Both the position numbers and the translations under genes were made by a program. The notes under the pieces are model-generated. The model searched no databases. It was not told the DNA's origin and saw only the letters and a program-made list of their open reading frames with translations. A DNA stretch of 45,284 bases, from NCBI GenBank assembly GCA_003557065.1, contig PWPS01000001.1, positions 1 through 45,284 on the forward strand, given 5' to 3'. This DNA comes from Candidatus Nealsonbacteria bacterium. GTDB taxonomy: Bacteria > Patescibacteriota > Minisyncoccia > Minisyncoccales > PWPS01. Position 1 is the first letter of the stretch. Each line of letters starts with the position of its first letter. Below, in pieces: positions 28,212 to 37,268 of this stretch.

Positions 28212-28283
28212 GCCGCGGTAGCTCAGGGGTAGAGCACTTCTCTGAAAAAGAAGGGGTCGCCAGTTCAAATCTGGCCCGCGGCA
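28212..28283 (+). tRNA. tRNA-Phe(GAA)
   Basis: CTTCT-ctGAAaa-AGAAG. Confidence 0.95.
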
Positions 28284-28328
28284 CAGGTTTTACACTTTTA
28301 ATTAAACAACCACCGACTAATCTTTGAT

Positions 28329-28400
28329 GCGGGAGTAGTTCAGTGGAAGAACGTCTGCTTGCCATGCAGAAGGCCGTGGGTTCGAATCCCATCTCCCGCT
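28329..28400 (+). tRNA. tRNA-Gly(GCC)
   Basis: TCTGC-ttGCCat-GCAGA, U73. Confidence 0.95.
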
Positions 28401-28403
28401 CAC

Positions 28404-28431
28404 TTGACACATCAGTAGAATATGTTACAGT
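28404..28431 (+). promoter_or_regulatory. Probable promoter of the 3D-domain gene
   Basis: TTGACA (28404-28409), 16-nt spacer ending TGt, TACAGT. Confidence 0.5.
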
Positions 28432-28480
28432 TTAGGAGTTACGCTTGTAAGAGGTAACCGATGTGCTACAATCATAAAAG

Positions 28481-29059
28481 ATGTATACGGACGACAATTT
28501 GAAAACGACTTGCTTTACCTTCTTGGCAGCCACGATAGCATCTCTCTCAATTTTAGCCCTAGGGCTTTTTTTGCAAACAAAGGAGTTGGATTATATAACT
28601 CCTCCTTTTGAGGTTGTTGAAAGAATAACAGGAAACGGAGAGGGTTTTATTATCTCCAGAGATGGAACAATAATTAATAATTCCTCTTCCAGGTACTACA
28701 TGCCTCAGATAACCGGTATGGACAACCCTCGCACTGACACTGTTAAAAAAGTTCTTTATGTTGAACTTACGGGCTATTCCAGCACCGTTGATCAAACAAA
28801 CTCCGAACCTTTCATAACCGCATCGGGAAGCTGGGTTCGTCACGGTATAGTTGCCGCAAATTTTCTTGAATTCGGAACCAGAATCAGAATCCCGGAATAT
28901 TTTGGAGATGAAATTTTCACCGTAAAAGACAGAATGAATAGAAGATACAGTCAACCCTCTTCACCGGAATACGACGGATACGTGGATATATGGTTTCCAA
29001 GAAGACAGGATGCCAGAAATTTCGGCAGAGTCAGATCCACAATCGAAATTCTATATTAA
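28481..29059 (+). CDS. Membrane-anchored 3D-domain (double-psi barrel) putative peptidoglycan-remodelling protein
   Basis: TGYSS...ITASG...IVAAN.L.FGTRIRI...V.DRM...VDIW...A.NFGR. Confidence 0.85.
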   Translation: MYTDDNLKTTCFTFLAATIASLSILALGLFLQTKELDYITPPFEVVERITGNGEGFIISRDGTIINNSSSRYYMPQITGMDNPRTDTVKKVLYVELTGYSSTVDQTNSEPFITASGSWVRHGIVAANFLEFGTRIRIPEYFGDEIFTVKDRMNRRYSQPSSPEYDGYVDIWFPRRQDARNFGRVRSTIEILY

Positions 29060-29083
29060 CTTTTTTTCCGATAATATCACTTT

Positions 29084-29108
29084 AAAAACCGCTTATAGCG
29101 GTTTTTTT
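29084..29108 (+). terminator. Intrinsic terminator
   Basis: AAAAACCGCT-tat-AGCGGTTTTTTT. Confidence 0.8.
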
Positions 29109-29134
29109 GTTCTTTTTTCTATGTTACAATTAAG

Positions 29135-29722
29135 GTGTCGAAATCTCTTGCCAAGTCCAGAAATAATAAAATGGAAACCGATAAAATTTATCACGTATCC
29201 AATTCAAGTATAGAGGGAATGAATATCTTTGATTCGGAAGAAGATTATTCTAAAATAATCGAGGCTATAAGGTATTTTTCCCATGGCGAAAGCCTTCCCA
29301 AACTCTCACAGTTTTCATCTTCAAAAAAAGTAGAGAAATTCGGATTTCCAAAAGCACTGAAGAAAATAACTAAAAAAGACAGAAAGTTGGTTGAAATTCT
29401 TTCTTATTTAATACTCCCTTCTGAATTTCATCTTGTATTAAAACAAAAAAAGAAGGGGGGTATAAGTAAATTCATGAGCGATGTGTCCAACTCCTATTCC
29501 AGATACTACAATAACAGATACGACAGGAGGGGTCCTTTATGGGTCGGTAGATTCAGGAGAGAATTAATAAAAGAAGAAGATTTGAAAAAAAGAATAGAAG
29601 AAATTCACAATCTTCCGGTAAAATCGGCTTTAGTTAGTTCTCCGGGCGAGTGGTTGTGTTCATCATATGGGGAATATTCAAATCCAGAAACTGTGACCGA
29701 TCCGATTTGTAAAAAAGAATAA
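29135..29722 (+). CDS. RAYT/Y1 (IS200-like) tyrosine transposase homologue with a degenerate active site
   Basis: IYHV.N, IF..EEDY, Y.ILP..FHLVL, ISKFM..V..SYSRYYN.RY.R.GPLW.GRF, IH..PV, SSY. Alternative start ATG at 29171. Confidence 0.82.
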   Translation: MSKSLAKSRNNKMETDKIYHVSNSSIEGMNIFDSEEDYSKIIEAIRYFSHGESLPKLSQFSSSKKVEKFGFPKALKKITKKDRKLVEILSYLILPSEFHLVLKQKKKGGISKFMSDVSNSYSRYYNNRYDRRGPLWVGRFRRELIKEEDLKKRIEEIHNLPVKSALVSSPGEWLCSSYGEYSNPETVTDPICKKE

Positions 29723-29770
29723 TTCTCAACTGAACCGGTTTTCAACTAAAGCTTGTTCTTATTATAATTC

Positions 29771-29796
29771 AAAAACCCGGATAACTCCGGGTTTTT
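29771..29796. terminator. Bidirectional terminator hairpin
   Basis: AAAAACCCGGA-taac-TCCGGGTTTTT between convergent genes. Confidence 0.85.
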
Positions 29797-29903
29797 CTAT
29801 TACCTACAAGTTGGAGAAGTTCTCGAAATCTTCTTTCTGTCTTTTTTAATACTTCCCTTATCTATTTAAATGATGATGATATTTTACAGAAGCAAATTCA
29901 CAT

Positions 29904-31157
29904 TTAAAAAGGATCTACCTCCTCCCACTCGGGCACTTCAACTTCAGTCTGAATATTTTTAGTTAAACTACATGATTCCGCATTGAAATCTCCTTTATCA
30001 TCTATCACATCAGCTTCCACTTCCAGAATAATTTGATAAGATCCTTCTTGACTAAATTCATTATCCACCCTCTCGAAAGAACTTTTTTCTCCTTTCAATT
30101 CTTCGAATTTTGCTTCTTCCGGAAATGTCCACCTGAGAGTTATTTCTCCCTGTCTATTTTCCGACTCAAGCCATCCGTAATAATTTGTATCTTCCGCACT
30201 GAAGTTAACCAATTCGTCAACTTTCGGGCTCGAAGGGGTCCAATCAAAATAAATTTGTGGATATCTGATCTTGGTTGTAAATATCTCTTCTTCCCACTCT
30301 GAAGAGATTCCCCTGTCATCAACTACTTGAACCCGAGCTAAATATTCGGTATCAAAATCTAATTCTTGTTCCGGCAATGGATAAGTCGGAGAAAAGGAAC
30401 CACTTTCATCTATTACCTTATGGTCATTGTCAGTCTTTATTACTTCTATATCGTAATATTCTATATTATCTTCTTCATCATACTCAAAAATTAAAGTAAC
30501 CTGAGGATATGATTGATTACAGTAATCTCCTTGCTCTATATCAAAGGATATCTCCGGACGCGACGGATAAAAATCGGTTTCAACCCTATAGTCCGATTGA
30601 TTACATACCCCGGTATTTTCACAATTGAAACTAATCCATCCTACAACATCGGATCCCCACGCCCAACCCAAAATTTGAAATTCACGATTTCCCGTAGGAT
30701 TCTCTTCAAAATTAAGAGTATATTGATCGTTTTCTCCTCCCAATTTTATCCAGCCATCCCATCCGTCATCGGGATCTTCCAGCCCTGCCAAAGCCCTTGC
30801 CCAACCACAAAGCTTTCCCTCTTCACAACCCGCTAAAGTTCCATCAACGTCAACCTTAGCGCTATAATGTGGTGCTTCGGGAAAATTATCCAAATCATTA
30901 AATTTTATCCATCCGATATTCTCGGACCAAGCATATCCGTATAACCCTCCTTCATCGGTAACTCTGACCCCGTAATTGGATTGATCACACACTCCAGTAT
31001 TTTCACAATTGAAACTAATCCATCCGATATTCTCGGACCAAGCATATCCGTACAAAGAAAAAACATCTTCTCCGTAAACATCTTCACTTTCTCCCGTGAA
31101 AAAAACAACTCCGATAATAATTATGATTAGAAAAAGCGGTATTATTTTTTTATTCAT
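29904..31157 (-). CDS. Secreted or anchored acidic surface protein with G(Y/W)AW-x4-GWI repeats and C-terminal FN3/PKD-like domains
   Basis: N-terminal hydrophobic segment; four GxAW/GWI repeats; DTEYLARVQVVD...SSEW (FN3-like); F.WTPSSP...V.FSA...WTF (PKD-like). Confidence 0.75.
   Translation of the reverse strand: MNKKIIPLFLIIIIIGVVFFTGESEDVYGEDVFSLYGYAWSENIGWISFNCENTGVCDQSNYGVRVTDEGGLYGYAWSENIGWIKFNDLDNFPEAPHYSAKVDVDGTLAGCEEGKLCGWARALAGLEDPDDGWDGWIKLGGENDQYTLNFEENPTGNREFQILGWAWGSDVVGWISFNCENTGVCNQSDYRVETDFYPSRPEISFDIEQGDYCNQSYPQVTLIFEYDEEDNIEYYDIEVIKTDNDHKVIDESGSFSPTYPLPEQELDFDTEYLARVQVVDDRGISSEWEEEIFTTKIRYPQIYFDWTPSSPKVDELVNFSAEDTNYYGWLESENRQGEITLRWTFPEEAKFEELKGEKSSFERVDNEFSQEGSYQIILEVEADVIDDKGDFNAESCSLTKNIQTEVEVPEWEEVDPF
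30613..31052. repeat. Exact intragenic direct repeats
   Basis: 35 nt identical at 30907-30941 and 31018-31052; 29 nt identical at 30613-30641 and 30997-31025. Confidence 0.9.
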
Positions 31158-31176
31158 TTTTATTCAACTAAGAAAG

Positions 31177-31194
31177 AAAGCCTCCGGAGGCTTT
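31177..31194 (-). terminator. Palindromic hairpin downstream of the tRNA-Cys/Leu pair
   Basis: Perfect palindrome AAAGCCTCCGGAGGCTTT. Confidence 0.65.
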
Positions 31195-31272
31195 TCTATT
31201 TAAAGATTAAAGAATGTAAACCATTACTTAAGTCTACAATTCTTTGTTTTTGTTTGTCAATAATAAAACCTG

Positions 31273-31356
31273 TGCCGCGGGTGGGACTCGAACCCACAAG
31301 AGCATACGCCCAGCGGATTTTAAGTCCGCCCTGTATACCAATTCCAGCACCGCGGC
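31273..31356 (-). tRNA. tRNA-Leu(TAA)
   Basis: GCGGA-ctTAAaa-TCCGC, long variable arm. Confidence 0.95.
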
Positions 31357-31364
31357 AAAAGATG

Positions 31365-31437
31365 AGGCCTGGGCGGGATTCGAACCCGCGCATGACGGTT
31401 TTGCAAACCGTTGCCTTAGCCACTTGGCTACCAGGCC
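31365..31437 (-). tRNA. tRNA-Cys(GCA)
   Basis: ACGGT-ttGCAaa-ACCGT, U73. Confidence 0.95.
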
Positions 31438-31507
31438 GATCACCACTTGTCTTCGGTTGAAAAGTCTTAATACAATTTAACCCTCTTCACTTTTTTTTGC
31501 AACTTTC

Positions 31508-32986
31508 CTAGAGATCGGGTAAAACTTTTTTCGTCGTGTAGGCCACAAGTATATCATTCTCTTCTATCTTTTGCTCTCCTTCAAAAAGCATACCGAACTC
31601 TTCTCTTTCGGGAATTTTGTCTACATCTTTTTCTTCTTTCTTCAAATTAATAAGTTTTCCTTTTCCGATTTCCTCACCATTCCTTTGAATCTTTACCTCA
31701 ACCCCTTTATTAATTTCACCTTCCGAAACTTTCCCTCCTAGAATTTGTCTTCTTTTGTCCGTTTTAAAAACTGCGAGTATTTTTATTTTTCCTTCTTCTT
31801 CTTCCACTATTTCCGGATCAAGTAGTTTTGCCATCTCAATTCTAACCTCTTCTATCAGGTCATAAATTACATCATGGGTTAAGGCATCTATCTTATTTTG
31901 AACCATTAAATCTTTCGCAGTCCTTCCAACATTAACTCTGTAAGCCAACAAAACTCCGCCGCAGGTTTTCACTAAATCTACATCACTTTCGTTAATATCT
32001 CCTATCCCCGCACTAACAACATTAATTCCCACTCTTTCCCTGGGCAGCTTCTCAAACATGTTCTTGATAGCCTCGAGAGATCCCAAGACATCGGCTTTAA
32101 TGACAACATTTAAAGAATTTTTCTGAGACGAAGTCAATTCTTGAAAACTAACAACTCCTTTTTCATTTATTTTTGCTTCTTTCGCTTCGTTTTGATCTTT
32201 AAAAACCTTAAAATTTTCGCCGACATGAGGGTTCATTTTTAATCCGGAAACTCTTGCTGGCATCGAAGGAAATACTTTTTCAATTTTTTCTCCCTGAAAG
32301 TTTCTTATCTCTCTTATGGTTCCATAACAGCAATCCGTTCCGACTATATCTCCTTTCTTCAAAACTCCTTCTTGAACCAAGAGAGTCGCACTAACACCTT
32401 CCTTGGAGTCGACATTCGTTTCGATAATCACTCCTTCCGCTTTTTTTTCATAATCGGCTTCTATCTCTTCCATCTCAGCTAAAAGAATGATCATTTCCAA
32501 AAGCTCATCCATTCCTTCTTTTTTGATCGCAGATATTTCTACGCAAGGAATATCTCCTCCGTAGGATTCCACTATCAATCCCTCGCCGGATAATTCCTGT
32601 TTTACCTTTTCCGGATTCGCTCCACTTTTATCCATTTTATTGAATGCGATCAAGAAAGGTATATTGGCATCTTTCAGATGATTAATTGCTTCCACGGTTT
32701 GTTTTTTAACCCCTTCATCCGCAGCAATTACCAATATCCCTATATCCGCAACTTCTGCTCCACGTGATCTCATCGCGGAAAAGGCTTCGTGTCCGGGAGT
32801 ATCTATAAAGGTAATTTGTTCACCGTCTTGCTCTACGGTATACGCCCCCATATGCTGAGTTATTCCTCCCGATTCTTTATCGGTTATTTTTAAATCTTTT
32901 ATCGCCTCCAGAAGAGAACTCTTACCATGATCGACATGGCCCAAAATAGCTACTACGGGAGGTCTTTTTTTAATCTTTTCAGTCAT
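31508..32986 (-). CDS. infB: Translation initiation factor IF-2 (short; no N-terminal domain)
   Basis: RPPVVAILGHVDHGKS, GGITQH, DTPGHEAF, NKMD, KADV.GSLEAI. Confidence 0.96.
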   Translation of the reverse strand: MTEKIKKRPPVVAILGHVDHGKSSLLEAIKDLKITDKESGGITQHMGAYTVEQDGEQITFIDTPGHEAFSAMRSRGAEVADIGILVIAADEGVKKQTVEAINHLKDANIPFLIAFNKMDKSGANPEKVKQELSGEGLIVESYGGDIPCVEISAIKKEGMDELLEMIILLAEMEEIEADYEKKAEGVIIETNVDSKEGVSATLLVQEGVLKKGDIVGTDCCYGTIREIRNFQGEKIEKVFPSMPARVSGLKMNPHVGENFKVFKDQNEAKEAKINEKGVVSFQELTSSQKNSLNVVIKADVLGSLEAIKNMFEKLPRERVGINVVSAGIGDINESDVDLVKTCGGVLLAYRVNVGRTAKDLMVQNKIDALTHDVIYDLIEEVRIEMAKLLDPEIVEEEEGKIKILAVFKTDKRRQILGGKVSEGEINKGVEVKIQRNGEEIGKGKLINLKKEEKDVDKIPEREEFGMLFEGEQKIEENDILVAYTTKKVLPDL

Positions 32987-33038
32987 ACTTTTTTTATTTT
33001 AACCCTAATCCGATGAATCACTTACCGATTGTTACTTT

Positions 33039-33126
33039 TGGCGGTGGGAGTGGGATTCGAACCCACGAACTCCTATGAGTTAACGGTTTTCGAAACCGCC
33101 GCCTTAAGCCGCTCGGCCATCCCACC
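33039..33126 (-). tRNA. tRNA-Ser(CGA)
   Basis: GCGGT-ttCGAaa-ACCGT, long variable arm, G73, encoded CCA. Confidence 0.95.
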
Positions 33127-33172
33127 TTGAAGTAAGTGAGTTTAAGCGAAAAAAATATATTCGCCCTTCTTT

Positions 33173-33249
33173 TGGTGGACCCGGCGAGACTCGAACTCGC
33201 GACCTCATGCGTGCCACGCATGCGCTCTAGCCAACTGAGCTACGGGCCC
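33173..33249 (-). tRNA. tRNA-Ala(GGC)
   Basis: G3:U70, CATGC-gtGGCac-GCATG, encoded CCA. Confidence 0.95.
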
Positions 33250-33331
33250 GAATAAATTGCTTATAAATCTTTTTTTATTATAACTAAATTTCTTCTTTTA
33301 TTCAAGGTGTCTCAACTTTTTCTTCAATACA

Positions 33332-33733
33332 TTAAAGAACCGTTACTCTTCTTCCTTCTGGAATTATTTCCAGTTTGATTCTTTTCCATTTTATTTTTTG
33401 ATTTATTTTCTCCGGCCACTCGATAATAACAATTCCATTATTATTATCCAAAATTTCTTTGATTCCTATTTCTTGCAAATCCGTTTCAGCTCTATAGCAG
33501 TCTATATGATACAAATAATCAAAATTTTCATTTTTAATTTCATATTTTTTCATGATTACAAAAGTAGGGCTGGTTACATCCCTTATCCCGAAATACTCAC
33601 AAAAACCTTTGGCAAAAGTTGTCTTGCCGCTTCCCAAATCACCTTCAAGTAAGATTATTCTTTCTTTAGTTTCAGAAGCTATTTTTTTTCCGAAATTTCG
33701 CATCTCCTCTTCGTTGTCAATGATAATTTCCAT
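33332..33733 (-). CDS. tsaE: t6A biosynthesis ATPase TsaE
   Basis: GDLGSGKTTF, VTSPTF, HIDCYR, IIEW. Confidence 0.96.
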   Translation of the reverse strand: MEIIIDNEEEMRNFGKKIASETKERIILLEGDLGSGKTTFAKGFCEYFGIRDVTSPTFVIMKKYEIKNENFDYLYHIDCYRAETDLQEIGIKEILDNNNGIVIIEWPEKINQKIKWKRIKLEIIPEGRRVTVL

Positions 33734-33790
33734 AAATTGACTTTAAGCTTAGTTTGGGTTAAAGTTTAACATAGTAAAGATATTTTTTCC

Positions 33791-35104
33791 ATGGAAAAAA
33801 GAGATAAAATAACTGAAGAAATAACCATCCCGGAAACTCTTGCAAGTGAGATTGAAAGAAAAATAAGAAACCTACCCTCATTAAAAGAAGAGATTCGATT
33901 TAATCTGGAAAAAGATACTTCCGAATTTTTGAATATCATAATGGCCGGAGGAATTTCTCTTGGAACTTCGGATATACATATCGAGCCGACTGAAGAAGAC
34001 GCTAAAATAAGAATCAGAGTAGATGGAGTATTGCAAGATGTAATAGTGATAAAAAGAGAGATATACAATAAAACTCTCTCTAGAATAAAATTAATTTCGG
34101 GAGTAAAATTGAACGTTGAAAATAAACCTCAAGATGGAAGATTCTCAATACTATATCCGGGTGAAAAAAGAAGCTATTCGATTGAAATAAGGATGTCCAC
34201 CCTGCCTTCGGAATATGGGGAAACCGTAGTGATGAGAATATTGGATCCTCGAAAGTTAATAACCTTGGACAAATTGGGTCTCAGGAAAGATTTGGAGGAA
34301 ATATTTAAAAGAGAAATAAAGAGACCTAATGGAATGATAATCGTGACCGGACCGACGGGATCAGGTAAAACGACTACCCTATATGCCTTCTTAAAATACA
34401 TTAGAAATCCCGGTATAAAAATTATAACCATAGAAGATCCGATTGAATATCATTTGGATGGAATATCTCAAACCGAAGTTTCTCCCGATAAGGGTTATGA
34501 CTTTGCCAACGGATTAAGGGCTATCGTAAGACAAGACCCCGATGCCATTTTGGTTGGTGAGATAAGAGATCTGGAAACCGCAAGCATAGGTCTCCAGGCC
34601 GCTTTGACCGGACATACGGTTTTTAGCACGCTTCACACCAACGATGCTGCCGGAGCGATTCCTCGTCTTCAAGCTCTTGGAGAAAAGCCTGTAAATATTG
34701 CTCCCGGATTGAACGTAATAATTGCCCAAAGACTAATAAGAAGGCTTTGCCCGAGGTGTAAAGAGGAAATTGAAATGAGTGAAAACTTGTTTAATATAAT
34801 AGATTCCGAACTTAAAAAAATATCAAAAGACTTACACCCAGCCTATTTCAAAGGAATGACGATATATCAAACAAAGGGATGTAAAGAGTGTAGTTTCACC
34901 GGTTATAAGGGCAGATTAGGTGTTTTTGAGGCTTTGGTTGTTGATGATGAGATTGAAGATTTTATCTTTTCCAATCCTTCAACTTCCGAGATAAAAAAAA
35001 TGGCGATTGAAAAAGGGATGATAACTTTAAAACAAGACGGCTTCATCAAGATAATTAGGGGTGAAACGGACAAAGAAGAAATTGAACGTGTAGTAGGGTT
35101 ATGA
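33791..35104 (+). CDS. Second PilB/GspE-family ATPase with a short N-terminus
   Basis: SDIHIEP, PQDGRF, GPTGSGKTT, RQDPD.ILVGEIRD, STLHTN, CxxC..CxxC. Confidence 0.92.
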   Translation: MEKRDKITEEITIPETLASEIERKIRNLPSLKEEIRFNLEKDTSEFLNIIMAGGISLGTSDIHIEPTEEDAKIRIRVDGVLQDVIVIKREIYNKTLSRIKLISGVKLNVENKPQDGRFSILYPGEKRSYSIEIRMSTLPSEYGETVVMRILDPRKLITLDKLGLRKDLEEIFKREIKRPNGMIIVTGPTGSGKTTTLYAFLKYIRNPGIKIITIEDPIEYHLDGISQTEVSPDKGYDFANGLRAIVRQDPDAILVGEIRDLETASIGLQAALTGHTVFSTLHTNDAAGAIPRLQALGEKPVNIAPGLNVIIAQRLIRRLCPRCKEEIEMSENLFNIIDSELKKISKDLHPAYFKGMTIYQTKGCKECSFTGYKGRLGVFEALVVDDEIEDFIFSNPSTSEIKKMAIEKGMITLKQDGFIKIIRGETDKEEIERVVGL

Positions 35105-36087
35105 CAAAAAAAACAACTCCCATACAAATTGAAGAAGATAAGACGTTAGACTTGGCTTTGCGGCCTGAAACCTGGGATGAATACATAGGACAAGAGAAGG
35201 TCAAAAAGAATGTTAAAATAATGATTCAGGCTTCCGAAAAAAGGGGGGAGGCCGCTCCCGAGCATATGCTTTTTTATGGAAATTCCGGGTTGGGAAAGAC
35301 TACTCTTGCATATTTGATAGGAAGAGAAACCGGAAGAAGTGTCAGGGTTACTTCCGGTCCGGCCATCAAAAAAACAGGTGAGTTGGCAGCGATACTAACC
35401 AATTTAACGGAAGGAGATATTCTCTTTATAGACGAAATTCATCGACTAAATAAAGTTTGTGAGGAAATAATCTATCCCGTTATGGAGGAATTCAGTCTTA
35501 ATTTAGTGGTTGGAAATGGACCAATGGCAAGAACCGTTGATTTAAATATTCCACGTTTTACCTTAATAGGAGCAACCACTCAACTTGCCCTCCTTTCCGG
35601 GCCACTTAGAAATCGCTTCGGCGCAAGCTTTAGACTTGAGCCCTATAACCAGAATGATATTGAGAAAATAATAGAAAGATCAGCCTCTCTTCTAGATATA
35701 AAAATAACAAAAGAATCGATTAAAATGATTGCTTCCAGATCCCGTTTTACCCCCAGAGTGGCTAATCGTCTATTAAAAAGAGTGAGAGATTTAGCTCAAG
35801 TGGAAGATCAAGATAAGATAACGCCGGAAATAGCGGAAAAAACTTTTTCCAATCTCAATATTGATGAAATGGGATTAGAATCGGGAGATATAAACATATT
35901 AGAAACTCTAATAGAAAAATTCAACGGAGGACCTGCAGGCATAGGAGCTTTGGCCGCAGCTTCCGATGAAAGAAAAGATACCATATTGGAGATATATGAA
36001 CCCTACTTGGTTCAGATAGGATTTATAAGAAGAACTTCACGTGGAAGAGTTCTTACGGACAAAGCCTACAATCACTTGAAAAAATAA
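35101..36087 (+). CDS. ruvB: Holliday junction branch-migration helicase RuvB
   Basis: LRP..W.EYIGQ, GLGKTTLA, TSGP, FIDEIHRL, TPRVANRLL, YEPYL, RT.RGR. Confidence 0.97.
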   Translation: MTKKTTPIQIEEDKTLDLALRPETWDEYIGQEKVKKNVKIMIQASEKRGEAAPEHMLFYGNSGLGKTTLAYLIGRETGRSVRVTSGPAIKKTGELAAILTNLTEGDILFIDEIHRLNKVCEEIIYPVMEEFSLNLVVGNGPMARTVDLNIPRFTLIGATTQLALLSGPLRNRFGASFRLEPYNQNDIEKIIERSASLLDIKITKESIKMIASRSRFTPRVANRLLKRVRDLAQVEDQDKITPEIAEKTFSNLNIDEMGLESGDINILETLIEKFNGGPAGIGALAAASDERKDTILEIYEPYLVQIGFIRRTSRGRVLTDKAYNHLKK

Positions 36088-36096
36088 GATAGAAAT

Positions 36097-36786
36097 ATGG
36101 CAGGACATAGTCACTGGAGTAACATAAAAAGAAAAAAAGAAGCAAAGGATAAAAAAAGATCCAAAGAATTTTCGCGTCTCTCAAAAATGATAATGACAGC
36201 CGTCAGAGAAGGAGGAAAAGATCCCGAAATGAATCCTTCTTTAAAGCTAGCCATAGAAAAGGCAAAAGAAGGTGATATGCCCAAAGATAATATAGAAAAA
36301 GCTATTAAAAAAGGTGCTGGAGAGGGTGAAGAGGGAGCACTGGAAGATTTCATCCTTGAGCTTTACGGACCGGACGGTTTAGCCGTAATTATAAAGGGAT
36401 CAACGGATAATAAAAATCGAACGGTATCCCAAGTAAATCAAATATTGAAATCTTCAGGGGGTAAAATGGCTAAACCCGGATCGGTAAAATGGCTTTTTGA
36501 CAGAAAGGGTGTTATAGAAATTCCGAAGTCGGATGATAATGAACTAAAAGCAATTGATGCAGGAGCCGAGGCAATAAACCACAAAGAAGACACAATGCTA
36601 ATTTACACATCTCCGGATAATTTAAATGAAGTTAAATCAATCTTAAAAAAAGATGTGGAAATTGACTCCTACGATCTTGGATATAAACCTAAAGCCAAAT
36701 CGGAACCCCATGAAAAATACGAAAGATTTTTAAGTGATTTAGAGGAGCATGACGATGTAGAACAAGTTTATTTCACTATAAGATGA
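36097..36786 (+). CDS. yebC: YebC/PmpR family protein
   Basis: MAGHSHWSNIKRKK, N..L..A..KAK...MPKDNIE.AI, TDN.NRT. Confidence 0.95.
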   Translation: MAGHSHWSNIKRKKEAKDKKRSKEFSRLSKMIMTAVREGGKDPEMNPSLKLAIEKAKEGDMPKDNIEKAIKKGAGEGEEGALEDFILELYGPDGLAVIIKGSTDNKNRTVSQVNQILKSSGGKMAKPGSVKWLFDRKGVIEIPKSDDNELKAIDAGAEAINHKEDTMLIYTSPDNLNEVKSILKKDVEIDSYDLGYKPKAKSEPHEKYERFLSDLEEHDDVEQVYFTIR

Positions 36787-37268
36787 AAATATTAGGAATC
36801 GATCCCGGAACCGCTACTATGGGCTATGGTGTGATAGAAAAAGACGGCCTAACTTTAAGGTGTTTAGAATATGGTTTAATAGAAACGGATAAACAATTAT
36901 CTGACTCGATACGTTTAAAAGAGATAGATGCCGAATTAGAAAAAATATTTTCCGAACATTTACCGGACGTTCTCGCTATAGAAAAAGTTTATTTCAGAAA
37001 AAATGTAAAAACAGCTATGACGGTAAGTCAGGCCAAAGGAATAGTCATGTTAAAAGCCGCTCGAAAAGAAATTGCCGTTTATGAGTTCACTCCATCTCAA
37101 ATTAAAGCGACCGTAACCGGTCATGGCAGTGCCACCAAACTTCAAGTTCAGGAAATGATAAAATCACAATTGAAACTCAAAGATAAACCTCACCCGGATG
37201 ATGCAGCGGATGCTCTCGGAGCCGCAATTTGTGGTTCACAAAAAATAAATAGAGATTCCTTGATTTAA
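36783..37268 (+). CDS. ruvC: Holliday junction resolvase RuvC
   Basis: ILGIDPG, AIE, P.QIK..VTG.G.A.K.QV, DDAADA. Confidence 0.97.
   Translation: MKILGIDPGTATMGYGVIEKDGLTLRCLEYGLIETDKQLSDSIRLKEIDAELEKIFSEHLPDVLAIEKVYFRKNVKTAMTVSQAKGIVMLKAARKEIAVYEFTPSQIKATVTGHGSATKLQVQEMIKSQLKLKDKPHPDDAADALGAAICGSQKINRDSLI

Noticed and set aside
28432..28480. Riboswitch upstream of the 3D-domain gene
   Set aside because: Only a short GTTAC/GTAAC hairpin; too small, and lacks the conserved motifs of c-di-AMP or c-di-GMP aptamers.
29084..29830. Active IS200/IS605 element or REP array around the RAYT-like gene
   Set aside because: The flanking hairpins are unrelated to each other and look like ordinary terminators; no repeated REP units or tnpB; catalytic residues are missing.
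30590..31052. Diversity-generating retroelement TR/VR pair
   Set aside because: Mismatches flanking the repeats are not adenine-specific, both copies are in-frame parts of one protein, and no reverse transcriptase is in the window.
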